From Candidatus Babelota bacterium (GTDB lineage Bacteria; Babelota; Babeliae; Babelales; CAIQNR01), in assembly GCA_965658655.1 (NCBI GenBank), contig CBFHTA010000001.1, positions 392,722 through 456,721 of the forward strand: DNA of 64,000 nucleotides, in the 5' to 3' direction. Of the stretch, positions 27,316-36,865 are shown in pieces. A model generated the notes under the pieces. The model was not told the origin of the DNA, ran no database searches, and was given only the letters and a program-made list of their open reading frames with translations. Position 1 is the first letter of the stretch; each line of letters starts with the position of its first letter. Both the position numbers and the translations under genes were made by a program.

Positions 27316-29187
27316 ATGAAGATTTCAAAGCTTCCGCATTACATGAGACGGTTAAAAGAACTTGGCCCTGTAAAAGCTGCGGAGGTTATTTCTAACCGAA
27401 TGCATACTTCTTTCTTTGAGCAGTATGCACGGTATCAAGCTGATCATAAACGTTCTTCTATAGCCTGGCCACTGCTTGCTCAAAAATATAAGCAGGCAGA
27501 TTTCCCTACGTTTTTTGAACAACTAAAAAAACGTTCATTCATTTCTGGTAGAGACTTATATGCTTCAGAGTTGAAAGATGGTAAAAAATTGATGCAAGAG
27601 GCAAGTGCCTTTGCTCATAATTGTTTTGATATTTTGGGGTCTCGTGAGCAGTGTTTGATTACGCTTCCATGGCATAGTGACTTTAGATTGCAATATCAGC
27701 ATCCTGATGCTGATTATTTGTTCGATAAAAATAAGTTTTATAAAGATATAACCATTCAATCTGGTCTTACCGATCGTTTAGCAAAAGATATAAAAGTGCC
27801 CTGGGAACTTTCTCGTTTTCAACATTTGTTTGTAATGGGAGCAGCATTTGAACGTGGTAAAGAACCAATGTATGCGCGCGCTTTTGAGCAACATGTTACA
27901 GACTTTTTAGATGAGAATCCATTCTTACTTGGTCCTAATTGGGTGTGTCCTATGGATGTTGGTATTCGTGCGGCAAACTGGGTATGGGCTTTTCATTTCT
28001 TTAAAGATTCAGAAGATATAGATGATATCTTTTGGCAACGTTTTATATGTTCTTTGTATGATCATATGCACTATCTTGAAAATAATTGGGAAAAATATTC
28101 AGTAACTTCAAATCACTATCTCTCAGACCTTATTGGGTATTTTTATGTAACGTGGTTGTTTCATGATATGCCTGGTGTGGCAAAGAAACATAAATGGTGT
28201 TACAGCGAAATCTTAAAAGAATTTGAGAAACAAGTATTCGAAGAGGGAACCGATTATGAGGGTTCAACCAACTATCATAAACTTGTTACTGAAATTTTTT
28301 ATAACTTCTATTTGATATGCCAAGAGTCTAACTTTCCTGTGCCCAAAAGGTTTCTCAAAAAACTTAAAAAGATGTTTTCTTTCATTGATTGGTGCGCGAT
28401 TAACGATACCGACTTAGTTAAAATTGGTGACGATGATTCAGGCAAAATCTTACACTATGGCATTCCGCGATCGCTTGTTGATGAAATGCAAGAAGAATGT
28501 GCATTGACCGAAAAGTATTATAAAGAGTTTGGTTTAGCAATTCGTAAAACAAAAGAATGGCATATTACGTTGCGGCACCATGCTTACAAAGCTGTACAAC
28601 CATCTGGGCATTTTCATAATGATATTGGCAGTGTAACAATTGCTGTTGATGGGATTGCTGTTGTGGTTGATCCAGGCTCATATGTGTATACACCGTCTGC
28701 TGTGTGGCGTAATGCTTTTAGATCTGCTTCTGCACACAATACTTTTTTTATAGAAGATATTGAGCCGGTACTTTTTGATGATCAATCTTTGTTTACGTTG
28801 GCGTTGCCAGAAGAAAAAGCTAGTGAGCGTCCATGGGAAGTATTTCATAATTTATACAGTGTACAAGCGCGTAGAAAACTTGATTTAGATTTAAATAAAA
28901 ATCACGTCCTCTTGACCGATTTTTGGGAAGAGCTACCGGTACAAACGTTTACAAGTGTTTGGAACTTTACGCTTGCTCCTGGTATTGAAGCAACACAGAT
29001 GGGTAATGATTGGTCTTTAAGTAAGGATGGTAAAGCATTGCTTGTGCTTCATTCAGAAGATTTAGACTTTACTGTTCAAGAGAGTTGGTATGCACCAAAT
29101 TATGGTACCAAGATTGCTTGCAAAAAGTTGGTGGCTAAATCTCCGTTAAGTACTCAGCCTGTAAGAATTTTCTTTAAAAAAGTATGA
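27316..29187 (+). CDS. Heparinase II/III / alginate-lyase family protein
   Basis: DIKVPWELSRFQ, NHYLSDL, EGSTNYH, IGDDDSG, GHFHND, VDPGSYVYT, RSASAHNT. Confidence 0.88.
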   Translation: MKISKLPHYMRRLKELGPVKAAEVISNRMHTSFFEQYARYQADHKRSSIAWPLLAQKYKQADFPTFFEQLKKRSFISGRDLYASELKDGKKLMQEASAFAHNCFDILGSREQCLITLPWHSDFRLQYQHPDADYLFDKNKFYKDITIQSGLTDRLAKDIKVPWELSRFQHLFVMGAAFERGKEPMYARAFEQHVTDFLDENPFLLGPNWVCPMDVGIRAANWVWAFHFFKDSEDIDDIFWQRFICSLYDHMHYLENNWEKYSVTSNHYLSDLIGYFYVTWLFHDMPGVAKKHKWCYSEILKEFEKQVFEEGTDYEGSTNYHKLVTEIFYNFYLICQESNFPVPKRFLKKLKKMFSFIDWCAINDTDLVKIGDDDSGKILHYGIPRSLVDEMQEECALTEKYYKEFGLAIRKTKEWHITLRHHAYKAVQPSGHFHNDIGSVTIAVDGIAVVVDPGSYVYTPSAVWRNAFRSASAHNTFFIEDIEPVLFDDQSLFTLALPEEKASERPWEVFHNLYSVQARRKLDLDLNKNHVLLTDFWEELPVQTFTSVWNFTLAPGIEATQMGNDWSLSKDGKALLVLHSEDLDFTVQESWYAPNYGTKIACKKLVAKSPLSTQPVRIFFKKV

Positions 29188-29660
29188 AGATAATTGGTCA
29201 AAATATATTTTTAAAAGAGCTGTCTCAAGAACACGTTCCAGACTATTTAGATATGTTTTCTCCTCGAGTACAGGAACTTTTAGGCGTTTCTTCGCCGTTT
29301 GCAGAATTGGCTTATGTACAGACTCAGGCCCAAAAACAACACACCGGAGAAACGTTCTTCTTTTGTATTTATGAGCAAAAAACCGGTACCTTGGTTGGTT
29401 CTATAGAGATTCGTTCTAAAGCCCACCGTGGGCAATTATGTACGTGGCTACACGAAGATTATTGGGGAACCGGTTACTTTAAAGAAGCATTTATCTTAGT
29501 ATCAAAAATTTATTTTAAAAAATATCCATGTGAAGATCATTTTACTGCTCGTGTGGATATATCTAATAAACGAAGTTACAACGCGTTACTCAAGTTAGGT
29601 TGTAAAGAGATAAGAGTTTCTTCTGGTCCTCGAGAACAACAATACGAGTTAAAGTGTTAG
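29184..29660 (+). CDS. GNAT N-acetyltransferase (RimJ/RimL-like)
   Basis: LVGSIEI, WLHEDYWGTGY, NKRSYNALLKLG. Confidence 0.85.
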   Translation: MKIIGQNIFLKELSQEHVPDYLDMFSPRVQELLGVSSPFAELAYVQTQAQKQHTGETFFFCIYEQKTGTLVGSIEIRSKAHRGQLCTWLHEDYWGTGYFKEAFILVSKIYFKKYPCEDHFTARVDISNKRSYNALLKLGCKEIRVSSGPREQQYELKC

Positions 29661-30217
29661 GGGCGAGCAGAAAGTGCCATAGTAAGATTGTCTCGTTGTT
29701 GGCTGGTAAGATTGGTTGTGTCATAATTTTTTAAAATCCTGATTATGTCTTTTCTATCAAGATAATGTGCGTAAGCAAGGGGAGTCAGTGTATGTCCTTT
29801 TACTTCAATACTACCGCATTGAGGATCGGCACCAATTTTTAATAGTGTTTCGATAAGATCACAATCTCCAGTCTTTATAGCTTGAATCAATGGTGTTCTT
29901 CCAAAGCTATTGAGCATATTAATATTAACTTTATGATTATACAGAGACTGAATGAGTTCTGTTTTTGTTTCTATGTTCATTGTAACACTTGCACAAATTG
30001 CTCCTAAGGGAGTGTTTTGTGTAACTGGATCAATAAAATTAGGGTCAACACCTTTTTTTAAAAATAATCTAATTTTTGCTACTTTCTGTGTTAAGATCGC
30101 GGCCATTAATTCTTTTTGTTCTTGAGAAGGGCCAAAAATCCTAAAGGTAAAAAAATTTGAATAGAGTGCTGATGGTGTACTTATTAATAAAAGTGTAATC
30201 AATATGTATTGTTTCAT
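29657..30217 (-). CDS. Secreted ankyrin-repeat protein
   Basis: GVDPNF..NTPL, GRTPLIQA..LLKIGADP, TPLAYA; signal peptide. Confidence 0.88.
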   Translation of the reverse strand: MKQYILITLLLISTPSALYSNFFTFRIFGPSQEQKELMAAILTQKVAKIRLFLKKGVDPNFIDPVTQNTPLGAICASVTMNIETKTELIQSLYNHKVNINMLNSFGRTPLIQAIKTGDCDLIETLLKIGADPQCGSIEVKGHTLTPLAYAHYLDRKDIIRILKNYDTTNLTSQQRDNLTMALSARP

Positions 30218-30630
30218 AACGTTTGGTAGGGTGCAAAGTTAGGGTCCACAGTAAACAAATCAGGATAAAATTTTTCCCATACTTGGCATTGTTTTTGTTC
30301 TTCTTGGAATAAGCGCGCTCCGTATCTATGTACTAACTCGATTAAGTCTTGGTTTTGTGTTGAAATTGCGGTGTACGCGAGAGAATGTCCATCGAACTCT
30401 GTATATAAAAAAGAATGGTTTTGCTCTAGAAGTCTTTTTGCCACCTCAACTTCTTGATTTTTAATGGCTTTTAAAAACTGTTGTAGTCGTGCTTTTGAAA
30501 CGTGACTATAGTGGCGGAGTACAATCCTTGCTCCATGTGTAACACTGCCTAAGACTTGCTTGGCATTGGTTGCATACATTGATGCATTAGAAAGTAAGAG
30601 TGTGATTTTTAGAAGAACTTTTTTATACAT
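30214..30630 (-). CDS. Secreted ankyrin-like protein
   Basis: AIKNQEVEVAKRLL, GHSLAYTAI..DLIELVHRYGA; signal peptide. Confidence 0.65.
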   Translation of the reverse strand: MYKKVLLKITLLLSNASMYATNAKQVLGSVTHGARIVLRHYSHVSKARLQQFLKAIKNQEVEVAKRLLEQNHSFLYTEFDGHSLAYTAISTQNQDLIELVHRYGARLFQEEQKQCQVWEKFYPDLFTVDPNFAPYQTL

Positions 30631-30704
30631 ACAATCCCCTTTGTATCAATTCTGTTTTTCTCTACCAGGGGATTATAAGTATAAAATTTTAATTAGCAAG
30701 CATT

Positions 30705-30827
30705 TTAATGGTGTGTACAGCCTGAACTACAGCTATGATGTGTATGAGCGTTATTCTTTAAGTTATAACGAGAGTAGGCTAGCAGTGCTCCAAGAAGTGC
30801 AAATAAAATTAACCATTCTTTTTTCAT
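30705..30827 (-). CDS. 40-aa membrane peptide with His/Cys tail (not in ORF track)
   Basis: Hand translation MKKEWLILFALLGALLAYSRYNLKNNAHTHHSCSSGCTHH*; SD AAGGTG; fills a gap between same-strand genes. Confidence 0.7.
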   Translation of the reverse strand: MKKEWLILFALLGALLAYSRYNLKNNAHTHHSCSSGCTHH

Positions 30828-30851
30828 AGTTATCACCTTTCCTTAATCAAT

Positions 30852-31340
30852 TTAGATCTCTAGGACTCCAGTTATACTAACAGCAGGAACTTTTCTATCT
30901 TGTTTGTCAGATGTTTTTTCTTTAAAATATTCTTTTACCAATATGTTGATATCGTTTTGTTCTGGTGCTGCTTTGCGATCATATTCCTTTTGTTCTAATT
31001 TTTTTGAAAGGTAATCAATAAGTAGATGTGAATCTTCTTCATTTGGAGTTTTTGCTCGTGTGATTTCTTCAGTTGCTTTTAGAATTTCATTCACACATGC
31101 TTTTGAAGCAAGAGTACTTCTTGCTTTCTTTTTTTCAGAAGTAGGAATATGTTCTATCCATTCAGTTGGATTTTTTTCTGGTAGAGTAGGTTTTTTGCCT
31201 ATCAGCTCCATAAAAGCAGACTTGTTTTCTTCTTTAAACTCTGTAACAACCTGAACTTTACAAGGGAAAGGAAAGGCAGTGAATAGATTAAAAGATACTA
31301 AAAAGGGACAAAGTAATGATATATGTAAAAAATGCTTCAT
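30852..31340 (-). CDS. Hypothetical secreted protein
   Basis: N-terminal hydrophobic leader; charged body. Confidence 0.7.
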   Translation of the reverse strand: MKHFLHISLLCPFLVSFNLFTAFPFPCKVQVVTEFKEENKSAFMELIGKKPTLPEKNPTEWIEHIPTSEKKKARSTLASKACVNEILKATEEITRAKTPNEEDSHLLIDYLSKKLEQKEYDRKAAPEQNDINILVKEYFKEKTSDKQDRKVPAVSITGVLEI

Positions 31341-31392
31341 AGTTATGCTTTCAAATGTATAAAATTAAAGATGAGAGGTAGTATAAAGAAAA

Positions 31393-33627
31393 TTACTTAG
31401 TGTATCCACATTTTTTATCACCACAGAGAAGGGTAACTGTGCCTGCTTTTGAAACTTTTTTAATAACTGCAGGAGCTTTGCACTTAGGACAGGGTGTTTC
31501 TTCGATGTCGCCAAACAAAGCATATCTACATTTAGGATAGTTTTTACAACCCCAAAAGCTTCCACCACGCCATTTACGTTCAGCAACTTCACCTTCGTCT
31601 TTAGGGCATTTAAACCCAGCAACATTTTGATGAATGTGTTTACATTCTGGGTAACCAGAACAGGCAATAAATGGTCCAAATCGACCGACCATTTCTCTCA
31701 TGTTCTTGCCGCACTTTGGACAATCCATATCCACTTTTTTAGGTTCAGCTTTTGCAACAAGTTTAATTTCGTTGGTGTCGGGATTTCGTTCAAAGTTCGA
31801 AGTAAACTTACACTCTGGGTAACCAGAGCAACCCACAAATTCACCCGCTTTACCAAAACGAATAAGTAATTTTTTCTCTTTACATTCAGGGCAATCTACC
31901 TCGGTCATTTGCGCTTCTTTTGTAGAGTCTTTTCCTTTGAATGCTTTCAGTGCAGGTTCAAAGTTCTTCCAAAAACCGGTTAAAAGCGAGTCTCTATCTA
32001 GGTCCCCTTCACCAATTTTATCAAGATCACCTTCCATGTTTGCGGTGAACTGTGTGTCCATAATATGAGCGAAATTACCTTTTAAAACTGTTACTACTGT
32101 CATACCAAGTTCAGTTGGCACAAAGCGCTTTTTTTCCAGTGTGGTATAATCTCGTGCACGAATGGTATTCATAACAGCACTGTATGTAGATGGTCTGCCA
32201 ATTCCTTCTTTTTCCATTTCCTTAACTAAGGTTGCTTCAGAATAACGAGGAGGTGGCTGAGTGAAATGTTGCTTGGGATCGATTTTTTTAATATTTACAG
32301 GATCGTCTTTCTGAATACCTTCAGGAATCTTTATAGTTTTTTCGTCATCTTCTTCAACATTGTAGACTTTTAAAAATCCATCAAAAATTAATGTTGAACC
32401 AGTAACTTTAAATGTGTACTTGCCACCTTTTAAGACAACCTGTCTTTGTGCATATTCAGCAGAATTCATTTGAGATGCGAGTGTTCGCTGCCAGATTAAT
32501 TCATATAAACGAGCTTGATCCTTAGTTGCATGTTTATGCACATGCGCTGGAGATACTACCATATCAACTGGGCGAATAGCTTCGTGAGCATCTTGCGCAG
32601 CTGTTTTAGATTTTTTCCCATAAACAATTGCTTTTTTAGGGAGATACTTTTCACCAAAATTTTTTGAAATAAATCCACGCGCACTTTTAATAGCAGTGTC
32701 AGACAATCGTAATGAGTCAGTACGCATATAGGTAATTAATGCAACGGGTGAGCCATCACCGCCAAGTGCAATACCTTCGTATAAATTTTGTGCAATTTGC
32801 ATTGTCTTTTTAACCGAGAAGCCAAGTCTATTATATGCTGCTTGCTGTATGGTACTGGTCATAAATGGAGGCAACGGATTTTTAGAACGCTTTTTATCGT
32901 TGATCTCAGTTATTTTAAAATCAGCTTTCTTTACTTCTGTCGTAATTTTATCAGCTGTTTTTTTATCTTTGATCTCTGCTTTTTTTGTGCCAATATGTGT
33001 CATTGGTGCCACCATTTGGCCTTTAGGGTGCTTAAACGTTCCTGTAATAGACCAATATTCTTCTGGCTTAAAATTACGAATTGCTTCTTCTCGTTCGCAA
33101 ATGAATTTAAGGGCTACCGATTGTACTCGGCCAGCAGATAAACCTTTTTTAATCTTTTTCCAGAGTAGAGGAGAGACTTCATATCCCACCCAGCGGTCTA
33201 AAACTCGACGAGCTTGCTGCGCAGCTACTTTTTCCATGTCTATAGAGTGTTGGTTCTCAATGCCGGCAAGTACGGCCTGTTTTGTAATTTCGTTAAAAGT
33301 GATTCGATGAATCGCGTCTGGATTCTTCATGACCTTCTTCATTTCTTCGGCCACGTGCCAGGCGATAATTTCTCCTTCACGGTCGGGATCGGGAGCCAGA
33401 TAAACTTCTTCAGCACTTTGTGCAGCTTTGCAAAGTTCAGCTATTACTTTAGTTTTATCCTTAATTGCAACATACGAAATAGTTATTGGATCGCGTGAAA
33501 CACCCATCTCACTAACGGGAAGATCTTTAACGTGACCCATAGTAGACATAATCTTAAATTCGGGCCCCAAGAACTTTTTGATAGTCTTGATTTTTGAAGG
33601 TGACTCAACAACTAATAACTTTTTCAT
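31393..33627 (-). CDS. topA: DNA topoisomerase I with C-terminal zinc ribbons
   Basis: VVESPSK, DPDREGE, SAGRVQS, ITYMRTDS, GIGRPSTY, repeated CPxC..CSGYPEC. Confidence 0.97.
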   Translation of the reverse strand: MKKLLVVESPSKIKTIKKFLGPEFKIMSTMGHVKDLPVSEMGVSRDPITISYVAIKDKTKVIAELCKAAQSAEEVYLAPDPDREGEIIAWHVAEEMKKVMKNPDAIHRITFNEITKQAVLAGIENQHSIDMEKVAAQQARRVLDRWVGYEVSPLLWKKIKKGLSAGRVQSVALKFICEREEAIRNFKPEEYWSITGTFKHPKGQMVAPMTHIGTKKAEIKDKKTADKITTEVKKADFKITEINDKKRSKNPLPPFMTSTIQQAAYNRLGFSVKKTMQIAQNLYEGIALGGDGSPVALITYMRTDSLRLSDTAIKSARGFISKNFGEKYLPKKAIVYGKKSKTAAQDAHEAIRPVDMVVSPAHVHKHATKDQARLYELIWQRTLASQMNSAEYAQRQVVLKGGKYTFKVTGSTLIFDGFLKVYNVEEDDEKTIKIPEGIQKDDPVNIKKIDPKQHFTQPPPRYSEATLVKEMEKEGIGRPSTYSAVMNTIRARDYTTLEKKRFVPTELGMTVVTVLKGNFAHIMDTQFTANMEGDLDKIGEGDLDRDSLLTGFWKNFEPALKAFKGKDSTKEAQMTEVDCPECKEKKLLIRFGKAGEFVGCSGYPECKFTSNFERNPDTNEIKLVAKAEPKKVDMDCPKCGKNMREMVGRFGPFIACSGYPECKHIHQNVAGFKCPKDEGEVAERKWRGGSFWGCKNYPKCRYALFGDIEETPCPKCKAPAVIKKVSKAGTVTLLCGDKKCGYTK

Positions 33628-33821
33628 AATCCTCAATCTCGCTTGTTTATCGGTTTAAGATGCTACTTTACCTGATAAAATCGCATTTTTCAAACAAGGT
33701 CCTTTAATAGTAAGCTTTTTTGATCTTGTTTATTAAAGTATTATAGTTACTAGAATATAGAAAAAAATTACAAAGAGTCAAATTTGCTATGTGTTTTATT
33801 TAAAAAGGTTGGCGGAGAAGA

Positions 33822-33870
33822 GTTTTAATAAATATGGGGAGACAGAGGCCTCCCTCATATTTATTAAAAC
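33822..33870. terminator. Long hairpin / probable terminator downstream of the secreted-gene cluster
   Basis: GTTTTAATAAATATG ... CATATTTATTAAAAC, 15-bp perfect arms. Confidence 0.65.
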
Positions 33871-33915
33871 AATAAGCTTTCTTAGTAATTTAGCCTTTGT
33901 GCTATTATACATTAA

Positions 33916-34521
33916 TTATTTTACCTCATCTGCAAGTATCTTTGGTCCACCATAGTAGGTTGCCTTTTGATTTGATTTTTCAGCTACTGGTTTTTTGGCA
34001 GGGGCTGCTTTTGATGGTTTTTGTTGTGTCTTAGAAGATGATTGATCAGAATTAATTGATGGAGTTGTAGCGGTTTGATCAATGGTTGCTCCTTGATGAT
34101 AGAGTGAACTGTAGTGCTCAACTTTATGTAATATCTCTGTTAATAAACTGCCAATAATAAATAACGACTCTTCAGACTCTACTCTGCTAATCAATTGTGT
34201 TAGTTCACTTGTGATGTTTGGTGCTAAAATTCCACTAGAGCTTTGTACGGCATTCAAGGTCGTTGTTTTTAACTTCTCTGCTCGTGATACATTATCTGAG
34301 TTTTTTGGATCTATATTTTTAATAAGATTTTTTAAACCTGTAGATATTAAAGATTCGTGATGAGTTCCTTGATTAGTATTTGTTCCGAGACCGTTTGGGG
34401 CTTCTATTCCTTGGCCAGGTGGATTCCATCCTTCAGGATTGTTAAAATTATTATTTCTTTGAGATGTACTTTGTATATTTGCTGCGCCTAATAATGTTAG
34501 TGCTAAGAATATTCTCTTCAT
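33916..34521 (-). CDS. Hypothetical secreted protein with low-complexity termini
   Basis: MKRIFLALTLLGAANIQS signal peptide; GGAG SD. Confidence 0.75.
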   Translation of the reverse strand: MKRIFLALTLLGAANIQSTSQRNNNFNNPEGWNPPGQGIEAPNGLGTNTNQGTHHESLISTGLKNLIKNIDPKNSDNVSRAEKLKTTTLNAVQSSSGILAPNITSELTQLISRVESEESLFIIGSLLTEILHKVEHYSSLYHQGATIDQTATTPSINSDQSSSKTQQKPSKAAPAKKPVAEKSNQKATYYGGPKILADEVK

Positions 34522-34595
34522 TTTTAGTTCTCCATTTTAGATATAATGAGAAGACCGAGGCCTCCGTTAATTTAACTGTTTTCTGTACTAGTCTT

Positions 34596-34838
34596 TTACT
34601 TTAATGCTTCTTTTCTTTTTGTTGCTGCTCTTTCTGCTCTTCTTGCTGCTCTTTTTGCTGCTGCTGCTGCTGCTCTTTCTGCTGCTGCTCTTTCGGCTGC
34701 TGCTCTTTCGGCTGCTCTTTTTATCTTGAGTCCTAATTCTACTCTTAATCCTGCTTTTGGTGCCTTTGCTACTCTTCCTGCTGCTTGTACAGGGGCAATG
34801 GTTAAGAGAGTGAGTGAAAGTGCTAATAATTTTTTCAT
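34596..34838 (-). CDS. Small secreted Ala/Arg-rich helical protein with (RAAAE)n repeats
   Basis: MKKLLALSLTLLTIAPVQA leader; 15-nt tandem repeat around 34668-34719. Confidence 0.7.
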   Translation of the reverse strand: MKKLLALSLTLLTIAPVQAAGRVAKAPKAGLRVELGLKIKRAAERAAAERAAAERAAAAAAKRAARRAERAATKRKEALK

Positions 34839-34967
34839 TTTACATTCCTTTTTTTGTTTTTGCTCAAACCTCTATAGTAAGCATTTGTTAAAAAATCTAC
34901 TTGATAAAGAGTGCTAATAGCAGGGTCTTTTCATAAGTAATTTAGCCTTTGCGCTATTATACATTAA

Positions 34968-35405
34968 TTATTTGCTTAACTCTCTACTACCCATCATTGC
35001 ATCAGAATGCTTTGACTTTTGATTTAAATGTAAACCTACTGGTCTTCTGGCACCTGGAACTTGTGCAGTAGTCTTTTGCTTTCCTTTTGTTGCTTCTTGT
35101 AGGTTTATTGCTTTTTTTAGTAATGCTTCTGCTGCTCGTATTGCTTTTGATGTGTTTGCTGCTGTTGCTGCTATTATGTTTCCTGCTGTTTCCCCTTTTG
35201 TTTTTGCTTTATCGACTGCTGCTTTTGCTGCTCGTATTGCTTTTCCTGCTCCTTTTGTGTTTGCTTTATCGACTGCTATTTTTGCTTTTGTTTTTGCTTT
35301 ATCGACTGCTGCTTCTGCTGCTCGTATTGCTTTTCCTGCTGATTTTGTTGCTTGTGCGTCGGCAAAGGCTAAGAGAGTTAATGAAAGTGTTAATAATTTT
35401 TTCAT
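34968..35405 (-). CDS. Secreted Ala/Lys-rich repeat protein
   Basis: MKKLLTLSLTLLAFADAQA leader; KAIRAA x3 and AVDKA(K/N)TK x3. Confidence 0.7.
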   Translation of the reverse strand: MKKLLTLSLTLLAFADAQATKSAGKAIRAAEAAVDKAKTKAKIAVDKANTKGAGKAIRAAKAAVDKAKTKGETAGNIIAATAANTSKAIRAAEALLKKAINLQEATKGKQKTTAQVPGARRPVGLHLNQKSKHSDAMMGSRELSK

Positions 35406-35732
35406 TTTACATTCCTTTTTTGTTTTTGCTTAAACCTCCATGGTAAGCAGTTATTAAAAAGTTTACTTGATGGATAGCGCTAATAGCAAGGGTTTTACAG
35501 ATTTTTTTGCGCTGTGAGCTTATATTTTTAAAAAAAGACATCAAAGAGGATTGAAATAGCTTGTTTAAGCTTACAGCCTCATAAGTTTTAGATAGAGGCT
35601 CTCTTTTATGGTTGATAGAATTAATAGAATGAAATTAGATTGTTTTAAGAGTGGTTTTCAATTCTTTAGTCTTAAATTCTCTTTTTTTTTTGAGTATAGT
35701 GATGAAAATCATACTAACGCAGGAATATAAAT

Positions 35733-36725
35733 ATGTTTGGTTATTCAATTCGTTTTGCCTATTTGCCTGTTTTATACGGTGCTCTTCCGCTATTAGCTTT
35801 TGCTGCATGGTATCGCTGGCGGTACTATAAAAATCCTGTTTACAAATATTCTTTAACTTCCTTTTTAATAAGTCGGAATGTGCAGGTTAAAGTTCCTCAT
35901 AAAATGATTTTAGCTGCTATGCGTTTTATTACACTTGTGGGTTTAGCATTTTTGATTGCTCGCCCACAGTTGGTTGACGAACAATCAAAAGTGATGATTG
36001 AGGGAATAGACATTATGATGGTCCTTGATGTTTCGGGTAGTATGCAGCTTTTTGATGACTTAAAGGACCAACGGTCTCGTATTGATGTTGCCAAGACCGA
36101 AGCGGTTAAATTTATAGAAAAACGAGAGAATGATCCTGTTGGCTTAGTGTTATTTGCAAATGAGTCTGTTTCTCGTTGCCCTTTAACGCTTGATAAGAAA
36201 ATGTTACACAGTATTGTAGATGACACTGAATTGGGGGTGATTAATCCAGAAGGGACTATGATAGCAAAAGCGCTTATTATGGCACTCAATCGATTAAAGC
36301 ACTCTAAAGCAAAAAGTAAGATTATTATTTTAATTACAGATGGTGAGCCAACACCAGGAGATCTTAATCCTCGCGCTGCCATTGAACTGGCAAAAAAATT
36401 TGGTATAAAAATTTATACAATTGGTATTGGTGGCGATGGTGGCTTTTTTAAACATCCTATGTTTGGTATACAGCGCTACGGAGTAGGTCTTAATACTGAC
36501 CTTTTAAGTACTCTAGCAGAACAAACTGGAGGGAAGTTCTTTGAAGCTAGACGTTCGCAAGAAATGGGGAAAATTTACGATGAGATCGATAAGCTCGAAA
36601 AAACAGAATACGAAACTGATGTGTATCACAAATACTACGACGTTTTTATGCCGTTTCTTTGGGCACTCATTTGCTTGTTTTGTTTAGAGTTATTTCTTGC
36701 GCGCTTCCTTTGGTTTGGTGTTTGA
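35733..36725 (+). CDS. batA: vWA domain protein, BatA-like
   Basis: LARPQ-like IARPQ, DVSGSM MIDAS, CPLTLD, ITDGE, IYTIGIG. Confidence 0.85.
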   Translation: MFGYSIRFAYLPVLYGALPLLAFAAWYRWRYYKNPVYKYSLTSFLISRNVQVKVPHKMILAAMRFITLVGLAFLIARPQLVDEQSKVMIEGIDIMMVLDVSGSMQLFDDLKDQRSRIDVAKTEAVKFIEKRENDPVGLVLFANESVSRCPLTLDKKMLHSIVDDTELGVINPEGTMIAKALIMALNRLKHSKAKSKIIILITDGEPTPGDLNPRAAIELAKKFGIKIYTIGIGGDGGFFKHPMFGIQRYGVGLNTDLLSTLAEQTGGKFFEARRSQEMGKIYDEIDKLEKTEYETDVYHKYYDVFMPFLWALICLFCLELFLARFLWFGV

Positions 36726-36865
36726 AGGTTTTATGACTTGTGGAGAGAAAATCTCTTTATGTTTTAATTTTATTGCATCTTAAGTTCTAAGAATTTTTTG
36801 GGTATAGTAAATAACTATAACTTAACTATGAGTATTAGTACGGTGAACATAAGTTGGTGTGACGT

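Noticed and set aside
30560..30829. 89-aa + strand ORF
   Set aside because: It overlaps the ankyrin-like gene start; the - strand 40-aa ORF has the better SD, leader and context.
35087..35446. Poly-Leu and Ala/Phe-rich + strand ORFs
   Set aside because: Antisense read-outs of the GCA/AAA-rich repeat gene on the - strand, which has the SD and signal peptide.
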